29,752 nucleotides of DNA, from NCBI GenBank assembly GCA_005798925.1, contig SYID01000194.1:1-29752 (forward strand), read 5' to 3'. Of the stretch, positions 1-8,498 are shown in pieces (the first letter of the stretch is position 1; each line of letters starts with the position of its first letter). Below the pieces are notes generated by a model. That model saw only the letters and a list, made by a program, of their open reading frames with translations, was not told the origin of the DNA and searched no databases. Position numbers and translations under genes: made by a program. This DNA is from Verrucomicrobiota bacterium. GTDB lineage: Bacteria; Verrucomicrobiota; Verrucomicrobiia; Opitutales; UBA953.

Positions 1-224
1 AACTCCGAGTAGAGCTGGGCGACCAGCGTCTTGTTGTGCGAGATGATGAGCGCCGGGCGCTGCTGCTGGGCGATCAGGTTCGCCATCGTGAACGTCTTGC
101 CCGAGCCCGTCACGCCGAGGAGCGTCTGGCGGCCGTTGCCGGCGCGGAGGGATGCGTCGAGCGCGGCGATCGCGGTCGGCTGGTCGCCCATCGGGCGGTA
201 GTCGGATTTGAGGCGGAATTCCAT
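1..224 (-). CDS. uvrB: Excinuclease ABC subunit B (5' part; runs off window start)
   Basis: Own translation from ATG at 224: [22 protein letters not shown]...[42 protein letters not shown]. Contains the UvrB GDQP, Walker A GVTGSGKT and HNKTL motifs. Not in the ORF track. Confidence 0.96.
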   Translation of the reverse strand, partial: MEFRLKSDYRPMGDQPTAIAALDASLRAGNGRQTLLGVTGSGKTFTMANLIAQQQRPALIISHNKTLVAQLYSE

Positions 225-225
225 C

Positions 226-891
226 TCAGCCCAGGCGCCCGCGGGCGAGCCACTGCGGGTCGACTTCGGAGAGGTCCTTCACGATGCGATGGGCGCCGGC
301 CGGCTCCAGCTGCTCGCGGGTGTTGGTCGTCGCGAGGGCGATCGTGATGAAGCCACCGGAGAGGCCGGCTTGCAGGCCGGAGAAGGAATCCTCGAAGACG
401 AAGGACGTGGCCGGATCGCCGCCGCCGAGGGCGCAGGCCTTCAGGAAGACCTCCGGGTCGGGCTTGCCCTTCGTCACGTCCTCGCTGGCGACCGCGCCGG
501 CGAAGAAGGCGCCGATGCCGAAGAGCTCGAACGACAGCGCGAGGTTCTCCTTGTGCGTCGAGGTGCCGATGACGCACGGGATGCCGAGGTCCTGGAGGGC
601 GCCGCAGAGTTCGCGGACGCCGGGCAGCAGGCGGACATGGCCGGTGCGGGCGATGTCGCGGTAGAGGGCTTCTTTGCGGTGGGACAGTCGTTTCACCTCG
701 GCGGGGTCGCGCGTCCAGCGGAGGATGTCCGGGATGATCAGCTCGTTGCGCTTGCCGAAGCCGCGCCGGAAGTGGTCGGCCGGCAGCGGGAGGTTCTCCT
801 CCTTGGCGAGGGCCTCCCAGGAACGTTCATGGGCGACGGAGGAGTCGATGACGACTCCGTCCCAGTCGAAGACGGCGACGGTGCGGGGCAT
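226..891 (-). CDS. HAD-superfamily hydrolase (beta-phosphoglucomutase/CbbY-like subfamily IA)
   Basis: Motif [20 protein letters not shown], motif IV FEDSFSG. Stop ends 1 nt before the uvrB ATG. Confidence 0.88.
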   Translation of the reverse strand: MPRTVAVFDWDGVVIDSSVAHERSWEALAKEENLPLPADHFRRGFGKRNELIIPDILRWTRDPAEVKRLSHRKEALYRDIARTGHVRLLPGVRELCGALQDLGIPCVIGTSTHKENLALSFELFGIGAFFAGAVASEDVTKGKPDPEVFLKACALGGGDPATSFVFEDSFSGLQAGLSGGFITIALATTNTREQLEPAGAHRIVKDLSEVDPQWLARGRLG

Positions 892-894
892 GGT

Positions 895-2370
895 TCAGTG
901 TTTGTCCCAAGGCAGCGTGACCTTGATCGGACGATGCTCCCAGACGTTGAAGGGCTCGAAGATCTGGCCCGGGGCGAGGATGCCGTTCGGGTCCAGGGCC
1001 TGCTTGATCGCGCGCATCGCGGCGATCTCGGCCGGCGTATGCTGCAGGGAGAGGAACGGCGACTTCGCGAGGCCGATGCCGTGTTCGCCCGTGATCGCGC
1101 CGCCGAGCTCCACGACTTTCTCCATCACCTCGCGGATGGCCTGTTCGGCCTTGCGGCAGTGCTCCGGATTGAACCGGTCGTACATGAGGTGCACGTGGCA
1201 GTTGCCGTCGGCCGCGTGGCCGAACGTCGGGGTCGCCAGGCCGAAGCGGTCGCGGATCTCGCGGGTGAAGCGGAGCAGGGCGACGTAGCTGCGGATCGGC
1301 ACCACCACGTCCTCGTTGAGCTTGGCGTCGCCGAGGGCGAACATCGCCTGCGAGCAGGTACGGCGGAGTTCCCAGAGGGCTTCGGCCGCCGCGGAGTCTT
1401 CGGGAGCGCGGAAGGCGACCGCGTGACGCTTGGCCCAGGCGACGACCTTGACGGCGTCGTCCGCGAGGGCGGCGGGGTGCCCGTCGATCTCGACCAGCAG
1501 GGCGGCGTGCGTCTCGGCGGAGCCGCCTAGTTCCGCGTCGGTGAACACGCGCTTCCCGCGGTGTTTCTCGGTCGCGGCGACCGTCTGGATGTCGAGGAAC
1601 TCGAGCACCGAAGGATTCACGCGCAAGGAGATCAGCTCGATGGCCGCTTCGAGCGCGGCTTCGTCCGTGCGGAAGGCCAGCAGGAAGGTCCGCCGGGCGG
1701 CGGGCAGGGCGGAGAGCTTCAGCGTCGCCTGCGTGATCACGCCGAGCGTGCCTTCGGAGCCGATCCACAGGTCGCGCAGGTTGAGGCCGCTGACGAACTT
1801 GCGGAGCGGGGCGCCCCAGCGGACTTTCTCGCCGGTGGGCAGGAAGCCCTCGAGGGCGTAGACATGGTCGCGGACCACGCCGTATTTGGCGGCGCGCAGG
1901 CCGCCGGCGTGGGTGGCGATGTTGCCGCCGATGCTGCAGTGCTTGACCGACGAAGGGTCGGGCGGGAAGAAGAGCCCGTGCGGCGCCGCGCGGTCGTTGA
2001 TGTGCGCGGTGATCGCGCCCGGCTGCACGGTCGCCATCGCCGAGACCGGATCGATCTCGATCTGGTCCCAGTGGTCGAGGTGGATGACCCAGCCGCCCTT
2101 GATCGGGGCGCAGGCGCCGGTCGTGCCGGTGCCGCGGCCGCGTACCGTGACGGGCACGCGGTGTTCGTTGGCGAGCTTCAGCGTGGCGCCGATGTCGTCT
2201 TCCTTCGCCGGGCGGATGACCGCCTCGGGCATGAAGGAAAGCCGCAGGTTGTCGAACGACGCCGCGAAGCAGGAGGCCTCGTCGGCCCGGACGACTTCCG
2301 GGCCCAGCTTCGCCAGGAGGGCCTGGGTGGCGGCGGGATGCGTCTGGGCGGGAAGGCTCACGCCTCCCAT
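895..2370 (-). CDS. FAD-linked 2-hydroxyacid oxidase/dehydrogenase (GlcD/D-lactate dehydrogenase-like)
   Basis: RGRGTGTTG FAD-binding loop, PPDPSS..CSIGGNIATHAGG, GSEGTLGVIT, FGHAADGNCH, ITGEHGIGLAK, LDPNGILAPG. Start could be 2370 (ATG) or 2361 (GTG). Substrate not determinable. Confidence 0.88.
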   Translation of the reverse strand: MGGVSLPAQTHPAATQALLAKLGPEVVRADEASCFAASFDNLRLSFMPEAVIRPAKEDDIGATLKLANEHRVPVTVRGRGTGTTGACAPIKGGWVIHLDHWDQIEIDPVSAMATVQPGAITAHINDRAAPHGLFFPPDPSSVKHCSIGGNIATHAGGLRAAKYGVVRDHVYALEGFLPTGEKVRWGAPLRKFVSGLNLRDLWIGSEGTLGVITQATLKLSALPAARRTFLLAFRTDEAALEAAIELISLRVNPSVLEFLDIQTVAATEKHRGKRVFTDAELGGSAETHAALLVEIDGHPAALADDAVKVVAWAKRHAVAFRAPEDSAAAEALWELRRTCSQAMFALGDAKLNEDVVVPIRSYVALLRFTREIRDRFGLATPTFGHAADGNCHVHLMYDRFNPEHCRKAEQAIREVMEKVVELGGAITGEHGIGLAKSPFLSLQHTPAEIAAMRAIKQALDPNGILAPGQIFEPFNVWEHRPIKVTLPWDKH

Positions 2371-2379
2371 CAAGCAGGC

Positions 2380-4344
2380 TTAGCCCAGTTCGGCAAGCCA
2401 CGCCGTCGCCTCGGCGTCGGAAGGCATGCGCCAGTCGCCGCGAGGGGACAGGGCCAGCGAGCCCACCTTGGGGCCGTCGGGCATCACGGAACGTTTGAAC
2501 TGCTGGCTGAAGAAGCGGTTCAGGAACGAGCGGAGCCAGTGGCGGATCTCCGCCTGGTCATATTTCCCGGCGAACGCGTGCTCGGCGATCCAGAGCACCT
2601 TCGAGGGGCGGAACCCGTTGCGGATGACGTGATACAGGAAGAAGTCGTGCAGCTCGTAGGGTCCGACCAGCATCTCCGTCTGCTGGGAGATCTCGCCGTC
2701 CGCGCCGGGCGGCAGCAGCTCGGGGCTGACCGGGGTGGCCACGATGTCCTCGAGGATGGCGCGCTCGGTCCCGACGTGGCGGGCGTGGGCGGCCCAGGCG
2801 ACGAGGTGCTTCACCAAGGTCTTCGGCACGCCGATGTTCACGTGATACATCGACATGTGGTCGGCGTTGAACGTGCACCAGCCGAGCGCGGCTTCGGACA
2901 GGTCGCCCGTGCCGACGACGAAGCCGTGGCTCTGGTTGGCGACGTCCATCAGGATCTGCGTGCGTTCGCGGGCCTGGGCGTTCTCGAAGGTGACGTCGTG
3001 CTTGCCGGCCGGGTGCTGGATGTCGCGCAGGTGGCGTTCGACGGCTTCGTCGATCGGGATCTCGCGGGCGGTGATGCCGAGCGTCTCCATCAGGCGCATC
3101 GCGTTGACGCGCGTGCGGGCGGACGTGCCCGGGCCCGGCAAGGTGAGGCCGACGATCCCCTTGCGGTCGAGGCCGAGACGGTTGAACGCCTCGAGCGTGA
3201 CGAGCAGGGCGAGCGTGGAGTCGAGGCCGCCCGAGACGCCGATGACGACGTGCTTGAGGCCCGTGTGACGGATGCGGCGGGCGAGGCCGGTGGACTGGAT
3301 CGCGAAGATCTCCTGGCAGTTCTCGTCGCGGCGGTGCGGGTCGGACGGGACGAAAGGATGCTGGCTGAAGCGGCGACGGAGCTTCGGGGTCTGGCCGGTC
3401 GGGACGCCGAGGGTGAAGCCGACGTGGCGCGGGCGGACCGCGACGGGGGCGCCGAAGAAGGTGCTGTTGCGGCGACGTTCGGCCGCGAGGCGGTCGAGGT
3501 CGATCTGCGAGACGATGAGGGCCAGGTCGAAGCGGAAGCGTTCGGACTCGCCGAGGACGACGCCGTTCTCGGCGATGAGGCCGTGGCCGCTGTAGACGAT
3601 GTCGGTGCTCGATTCGCCGGCGCCGGCGGCCGCGACGACGTAGGCGGCGAGGCAGCGGGCGGACTGGGCCTTCACCAGGTCGCGGCGGTAGGCGGCCTTG
3701 GTGAGGAGTTCGTCGCTGGCCGAGAGGTTGCAGAGCAGGGTGGCGCCGGCGAGGGCCAGCGGGCCGCTGGGGGGTTCGACGGACCAGAGGTCTTCGCAGA
3801 TTTCGATGCCGAGCACGCAGTCCGGCATGTCGGTCGCCTGGAAGAGGAGGTCGGTGCCGAAGGGGACCTTCTGGCCGAGGAGTTCGACTTCGGCGACCGG
3901 GGCGACCCGGGCGGAGGCGAACCAGCGCTGCTCGTAGAACTCCCCGGTGTTGGGGAGGTGGGTCTTCGGGACGACGCCGAGGACCTTGCCGCGGGAGAGC
4001 GCCACGGCCACGTTGAAGAGCCTTCCGTTGACCTCCAGGGGGGCGCCGACGAGGGCGGTGAGGCCAAGCCTGGCCGTGGCCTCGCAAACCTGCCCAAGGG
4101 CCTTCAGGGCGCCATTGAGAAGGGTCCGCTGGCCGAAGAGGTCGCCGCAGCTGTAGCCGGTCAGGCAAAGTTCGGGCAGGACGACGATTTCCACCCCCTC
4201 TTGGGCGGCTTTTTCCAGCGCCTGGATGATCAGGGCGGCGTTGGCCGCAGGGTCCCCCAGACGGAGGGCCGGCGAGGCGGCCGCCACGGTCACAAAACCG
4301 TTCTGGTGGATGCGGTTGGACATCAAAGGACTGGTATCCGTCAT
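2380..4344 (-). CDS. nadE: Glutamine-dependent NAD+ synthetase (nitrilase domain + synthetase domain)
   Basis: Nitrilase triad motifs PELCLTGY, PKTHLPN..EFYE, EICEDLW; synthetase motifs SGGLDS, ENAQARER, GTGDLSE, PSKV; C-terminal SLALSPRGDWRMPSD. Start 4344 or 4323; the ORF-track start at 4398 lies in the promoter region. Confidence 0.95.
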   Translation of the reverse strand: MTDTSPLMSNRIHQNGFVTVAAASPALRLGDPAANAALIIQALEKAAQEGVEIVVLPELCLTGYSCGDLFGQRTLLNGALKALGQVCEATARLGLTALVGAPLEVNGRLFNVAVALSRGKVLGVVPKTHLPNTGEFYEQRWFASARVAPVAEVELLGQKVPFGTDLLFQATDMPDCVLGIEICEDLWSVEPPSGPLALAGATLLCNLSASDELLTKAAYRRDLVKAQSARCLAAYVVAAAGAGESSTDIVYSGHGLIAENGVVLGESERFRFDLALIVSQIDLDRLAAERRRNSTFFGAPVAVRPRHVGFTLGVPTGQTPKLRRRFSQHPFVPSDPHRRDENCQEIFAIQSTGLARRIRHTGLKHVVIGVSGGLDSTLALLVTLEAFNRLGLDRKGIVGLTLPGPGTSARTRVNAMRLMETLGITAREIPIDEAVERHLRDIQHPAGKHDVTFENAQARERTQILMDVANQSHGFVVGTGDLSEAALGWCTFNADHMSMYHVNIGVPKTLVKHLVAWAAHARHVGTERAILEDIVATPVSPELLPPGADGEISQQTEMLVGPYELHDFFLYHVIRNGFRPSKVLWIAEHAFAGKYDQAEIRHWLRSFLNRFFSQQFKRSVMPDGPKVGSLALSPRGDWRMPSDAEATAWLAELG

Positions 4345-4352
4345 GTTCACCG

Positions 4353-4398
4353 TTGACCGAAGGGGAGGCAACCCGAAAGGTCTGCCCACCCCCGTCAA
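4353..4398. promoter_or_regulatory. Divergent nadE/thrB control region; imperfect 46-bp inverted repeat bounded by TTGAC/GTCAA
   Basis: TTGAC-CGAA-GGGG-A-GGCA-ACC-CGAAA-GGT-C-TGCC-CA-CCCC-C-GTCAA in a 64-bp intergenic gap. A -35-like TTGAC is present on each strand, but the -10 boxes are poor. Confidence 0.45.
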
Positions 4399-4408
4399 AA
4401 GGGGTCCT

Positions 4409-5362
4409 ATGTCCGCTCAGCCGCTCAAAGAAGTCCGTATCTTTTCGCCTGCCACCGTGGCCAACGTGGCCTGCGGTTTCGACGTGCTTGGCTTCTGCAT
4501 CGACGCCCCCGGCGATGAGATCGTGGCCCGCTTCTCGCCGACTCCGGGCCTGCGCATCACCAAGATCACCGGCGACGACGGCCGCCTGCCCCTCGACTCC
4601 AAGAAGAACACCGCCGGCGTCTCCGCCCATGCGCTGCTCCGCCACCTGGGCAAGAGCGACCTCGGCATCGAGATGGAGATCCACAAGAAGATGCCCTTCG
4701 GCAGCGGCCTCGGCTCGAGCGCCGCGAGCGCCGTCGGGGGCGCCTTCGTCGTCAACCGCCTGCTCGGCGAGCCCCTGTCGCGCCGGCAGCTCCTGCCCTT
4801 CGTGGTCGCGGGCGAAGCCGCGGCCGACGGCGCCTGGCATGCCGACAACGTCGGCCCGTGCCTGCTCGGCGGCATCACCCTCATCCGTTCCAACGCCGAA
4901 CTCGACGTCATGGACGTGCCGATCCCGGAGCGTCTCTGGGCCGCGGTGGTGCACCCCGACATCGTGGTGCTGACCAAGGTCGCCCGCGAGATCATGCCGC
5001 GGCAGATCCAGCTCGAGACCTCCACCCAGCAGAGCGGCAACCTCGGCGGCCTGTTGTGCGGTTTCTTCAAGGGCGACTACGCGCTCATCGGCCGCTCGCT
5101 CCACGACCTCATCGCCGAGCCCCACCGCCACCGCCTCATCCCCGGGTTCTACCGGGCCAAGGCCGCCGCCATGGGCGCCGGCGCGCTGGGCTTCTCGATC
5201 TCCGGGGCCGGACCGAGCGTCTTCGCCCTGTGCGAGGGCGAAGAGACCGCCCGCAAGGTCGCCGCCGCGGTCTCCGAAGTGTTCGCTGCCGTGCCGGTCA
5301 AAGCCACGCCTTACGTCTCGCGCATCAATCCCAAGGGTGTCCATGTCCTCTCCGAAGCCTGA
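4409..5362 (+). CDS. thrB: Homoserine kinase (GHMP family)
   Basis: PATVANVACGFDVLG, KKMPFGSGLGSSAASA, HADNVGP, ISGAGPS motifs. ATG at 4409. Confidence 0.95.
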   Translation: MSAQPLKEVRIFSPATVANVACGFDVLGFCIDAPGDEIVARFSPTPGLRITKITGDDGRLPLDSKKNTAGVSAHALLRHLGKSDLGIEMEIHKKMPFGSGLGSSAASAVGGAFVVNRLLGEPLSRRQLLPFVVAGEAAADGAWHADNVGPCLLGGITLIRSNAELDVMDVPIPERLWAAVVHPDIVVLTKVAREIMPRQIQLETSTQQSGNLGGLLCGFFKGDYALIGRSLHDLIAEPHRHRLIPGFYRAKAAAMGAGALGFSISGAGPSVFALCEGEETARKVAAAVSEVFAAVPVKATPYVSRINPKGVHVLSEA

Positions 5363-6677
5363 GCTGGAATTCGTCTCCACCGTCGACCCGACCTGCCGCG
5401 GCTCCCTCCGCGACGTCCTCCTTTCGGCCATGCCGGCCAAGGGCGGACTCTGGGTCCCGACGCGTATCCCGCAGGTCGCGCCCGACTTCGTGGAGCGCCA
5501 TCGCGACGCCTCCTACGCCGACCTCGCCGAGGCCGTCATCGCTCCTTACTTCGCGGATGTCCTCGGCGCCGCCGAGCTGCGTCGCCTCTGCCAGGAGGCT
5601 TATGACTTCCCCGTCCCGCTCGTGCGCCCCGAGGGTTTCCGTGGGACTGCCGCCGGCCGCATCGGCGTGCTCGAGCTTTTCCACGGGCCCTCGGCGGCGT
5701 TCAAGGATTTCGCCGTCCGGACGCTCGTCCGCGTCACCGCGCGCGTGCTCGGCGACGAATTCCCGCAGCTGACCGTGCTTGCGGCGACTTCCGGCGACAC
5801 CGGGGCCGCCGTCACCGAAGCCTGCGCGGGCGTCCCCGGCGTCCGCGCCGTCGTGCTTTATCCCCGCATCGGCGTCAGCGGCGTGCAGGAATCCCAGATC
5901 GCGCGGCCCCGGCCCGGCGTGGTCGCCCTTTCCGTCGACGGCACGTTCGACGACTGCCAGGCGATGGTGAAGCGCGCGCTCGCCGACGAATCCCTGCGCC
6001 GACGCCGGCCTTTGCTGACGGCCAATTCCATCAACCCCGTGCGGCTGATCGCGCAGGTGCCCTTCGCCTTCCATGCCAAGCGCCTGCTGGCCTCTGGCCG
6101 TCGCATGGGCATCGTGGTGCCCTCCGGTAACCTCGGCAATGTCGGCGCCGTCCAGCTCGCCCGCCGCATGGGCCTCGACGTCGACGCCCTCGTCGCCGCG
6201 ACCAACACCAACTCGCCGCTGCCTGACCTCTTCGCCACCGGCGAGTATCGTCCGCGGCGCGCCGTCCCCACGGCCTCCAACGCCATGGACATCGGCGACC
6301 CGAACAATCTCGCCCGCCTGCTGGCCTGGCGCGAGGGCGGTCCCGCGGTGGAGGCCGTCACCGTGGACGACCATGCCACCTTGGACGCCATGCGTCGCGT
6401 CCGCGCCGCCGGCGGCTACGTCCTCTGCCCGCACTCCGCCGTCGGCTGGAAGGCCGCGGAGGATCTTCTGGCCCGGGATGGCGCCAAGCTCGACGACGTC
6501 ATCGTCTTCGGCACCGCGCACCCTGCCAAGTTCCCCGACGTCCTGCAGCAGGCCTTCGGCGACCCCCATGCCTCGTGCTTCCCCGGCGACCTGCCGGCGC
6601 CGGCGCCGCTCAGGATCGGCAACGACTTCGAGGCCGTCCGCAAGGTCCTCGAATCCGAAGCCGGCTTCGGCCGCTGA
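5343..6677 (+). CDS. thrC: Threonine synthase (PLP-dependent)
   Basis: GGLWVP, ELFHGPSAAFKDF (PLP Lys), ATSGDTG, GTFDDCQ, NSINPVRL, VPSGNLGN, TAHPAKF. Overlaps thrB end by 20 nt. Confidence 0.94.
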   Translation: MSSPKPELEFVSTVDPTCRGSLRDVLLSAMPAKGGLWVPTRIPQVAPDFVERHRDASYADLAEAVIAPYFADVLGAAELRRLCQEAYDFPVPLVRPEGFRGTAAGRIGVLELFHGPSAAFKDFAVRTLVRVTARVLGDEFPQLTVLAATSGDTGAAVTEACAGVPGVRAVVLYPRIGVSGVQESQIARPRPGVVALSVDGTFDDCQAMVKRALADESLRRRRPLLTANSINPVRLIAQVPFAFHAKRLLASGRRMGIVVPSGNLGNVGAVQLARRMGLDVDALVAATNTNSPLPDLFATGEYRPRRAVPTASNAMDIGDPNNLARLLAWREGGPAVEAVTVDDHATLDAMRRVRAAGGYVLCPHSAVGWKAAEDLLARDGAKLDDVIVFGTAHPAKFPDVLQQAFGDPHASCFPGDLPAPAPLRIGNDFEAVRKVLESEAGFGR

Positions 6678-6688
6678 GCCAGGACATG

Positions 6689-6710
6689 AAAAAGCCGCCG
6701 GAAGGCGGCT
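6689..6710 (-). terminator. Intrinsic terminator between convergent thrC and exbD
   Basis: AGCCGCC-GGAA-GGCGGCT hairpin with an A-run at 6689-6693 (U-tract on the minus strand). Confidence 0.7.
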
Positions 6711-6734
6711 GTCTTCGGCGGCTGTCCGCCCGGC

Positions 6735-7178
6735 TTATTCCGTGTCGGACACCGCGAACGTGACGTTCGTGATGTTGGCCTTGGCCAGGATGTCGAGGAC
6801 GTTGATCACGCGCTCGTAGCGGGCGTTTTCCTCGGCCTGAACGGTGATGAGCAGCTTCGTCTTGGACTGTTCGGCCGCCTGGCCCAGCTGTTTCATCTGG
6901 TTGTAGAGGTTCTCGAGGAGCTTGTCGCCGGGGGCGCCGACCGGGTCTTCGTTGAGGGTGATCTCGCCGGTCTCGCTCACGCCGATGGTGACTTCGTCGG
7001 GCAGTTCGGTCTCCTTGGCGGTCTCGGCGTTGCCGGGGAGGGTGGTCTTGAGCTCATGCTCCACCTTGACCGCTCCGGCCATGACCATGAAGAAGAGCAT
7101 GATCACGAAGACCACGTCGATCATCGGGGCGATCTGGAAGCCCGGCGCGGCGTCGGGCATTTGTTCGCGTTGCTTCAT
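6735..7178 (-). CDS. ExbD/TolR family biopolymer transport protein (second copy)
   Basis: FQIAPMIDVVFVIMLFFMV TM helix with conserved Asp; C-terminal ITVQAEENARYERVINVLDILAKANITNVTF. Confidence 0.92.
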   Translation of the reverse strand: MKQREQMPDAAPGFQIAPMIDVVFVIMLFFMVMAGAVKVEHELKTTLPGNAETAKETELPDEVTIGVSETGEITLNEDPVGAPGDKLLENLYNQMKQLGQAAEQSKTKLLITVQAEENARYERVINVLDILAKANITNVTFAVSDTE

Positions 7179-7181
7179 GGC

Positions 7182-7622
7182 TTATTCTTCGTGGTTCAGG
7201 CCCGAGAAGGCGATGTTGTCGATGCCCGCCTCGGCGCCCCATTCGAGGGCCTTCGAGACGTACTTGGCGTGGCACTCCTTGTCGGCGCGGACGAGCAGGC
7301 GGTACTTCTCGTTGCTTCCCTTGCGGTCGGCCAGCTCCTTCGCGATGCCGTCCTTGTCGTTGGGGTCGAGTTCGCGGTCGTCGAGCTTGTACTTGGCCTG
7401 CCCCGTGGTCTTGTCCCAGGAGATGTTGATCAGCCCGGCGGCGGCCTTGTCGTCCCGCTTCACGCCGTGCGAGGCGACCGGGAGCGAGATGTTCTTGTCG
7501 ACCTTGAGCACCTGGGACGAGGTGATCGACATGAAGAAGATCAGCAGCACCAGGAGCACGTCGATCATCGGCGCGACCTGGAACTCCGGTTCGCCTTCTC
7601 CGCCTCCGCCTCCGCCTGCCAT
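7182..7622 (-). CDS. ExbD/TolR family biopolymer transport protein (first copy)
   Basis: FQVAPMIDVLLVLLIFFMSIT TM helix with conserved Asp; LLVRADKECHAKYV...AGIDNIAF. Confidence 0.92.
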   Translation of the reverse strand: MAGGGGGGEGEPEFQVAPMIDVLLVLLIFFMSITSSQVLKVDKNISLPVASHGVKRDDKAAAGLINISWDKTTGQAKYKLDDRELDPNDKDGIAKELADRKGSNEKYRLLVRADKECHAKYVSKALEWGAEAGIDNIAFSGLNHEE

Positions 7623-7654
7623 GGTCTTGGGGTGTGGTTAGGGGTGGGGGAGGC

Positions 7655-8446
7655 TTACGACCGGACGCCGGAGGACGCGTTCCAGTCGGGCTTCGCGGCG
7701 TAGATCTCCTCGTCGCCGACCTTACGGCCCGCGACATCCTCGTAGGGGAAGGCGCGGAAGAGGCCCGTCACGATCTCCGTGATGTCGTGGATGCCCTTGT
7801 TGATGCGGTTGGCGAGGAGGTAGTAGGCGATGAACGCCGGGATGGCGATGAAGAGGCCGGAGGCGGTCGCCACGAGCACTTCACCGATCGCGCCGGAGAG
7901 CTTGGAGGGGTCGCCCACGCCGGAGGTGCCGAGGGTCTCGAACGCGCTCATCATGCCCGTCACGGTGCCGGTCAGGCCGATCATCGGGGTGCAGACGCCG
8001 ATCACCGAGAGGTAGGAGGAACGGCCCTTCAGCTCGCCTTGGACGCGGACGATCTCGGCGAGGATGGCTTCTTCGGTCATGGTCTTGCCATCCGGGGTGA
8101 AGGCGACGCCCGCGCGGACGACGTCGGCGACCGGGGAGCCGGCGGCCTTGGCGAAGTTATAGGCGCCGACGTAGTCGCCTTTCTTGAAGAGCTCGCGGAG
8201 CTGGGTGACGTGCTCGGCGGGGTACATCTTGCCGGCGCTGGTCTTGATGAAGCCGTCGACCATGAACCACATCATGGCCACGGAGCAGAGGGTGATCGGG
8301 TACATGACCCAGCCGCCTTCGATGAAGAGGTCGGCGAGGGTCTTGTGGTGGACCCCGGCGGCCGCGGCTTCCTGGGCCGAGGCGGTGAGGGTCAGCAAGC
8401 CCAGGAGGGCGGTGCCGAGGAGGGCGGAACGGAGGTTCATCTTCAT
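7655..8446 (-). CDS. MotA/TolQ/ExbB proton-channel family protein
   Basis: LADLFIEGGWVMYPI, PMIGLTGTVTGMMSAF, GAIGEVLVATASGLFIAIPA. N-terminal signal-like segment. Start 8446 or 8440. Confidence 0.93.
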   Translation of the reverse strand: MKMNLRSALLGTALLGLLTLTASAQEAAAAGVHHKTLADLFIEGGWVMYPITLCSVAMMWFMVDGFIKTSAGKMYPAEHVTQLRELFKKGDYVGAYNFAKAAGSPVADVVRAGVAFTPDGKTMTEEAILAEIVRVQGELKGRSSYLSVIGVCTPMIGLTGTVTGMMSAFETLGTSGVGDPSKLSGAIGEVLVATASGLFIAIPAFIAYYLLANRINKGIHDITEIVTGLFRAFPYEDVAGRKVGDEEIYAAKPDWNASSGVRS

Positions 8447-8498
8447 GATGATGGGGTGGTGTGGGTTGATAGGTGAGGTTTTGGAAAAGGGCAAGGAC

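Noticed and set aside
1561-4356. 931-aa plus-strand ORF, and similar long ORFs such as 2558-5440(-), 10043-12106(+), 10893-12413(-), 14088-15989(+), 5325-6569(-)
   Set aside because: Shadow frames of well-supported genes caused by stop-poor high-GC codon usage. They carry no motifs and are Arg/Gly/Ala/Pro-rich.
4361-4392. Riboswitch (c-di-GMP-I-like GGCAA-CC..GAAA..GG) upstream of thrB/nadE
   Set aside because: Only a superficial GAAA-loop similarity. The second stem and conserved flanks are absent, and the gap is too short.
7600-7622. (CCGCCT)3 short repeat as a phase-variation tract
   Set aside because: It is an in-frame 6-nt unit encoding a poly-Gly N-terminal linker of ExbD, so slippage would not shift the frame.
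7655-8446. Flagellar stator MotA
   Set aside because: The partners are ExbD/TolR-type with no OmpA-like MotB domain, and there are no flagellar genes in the window.
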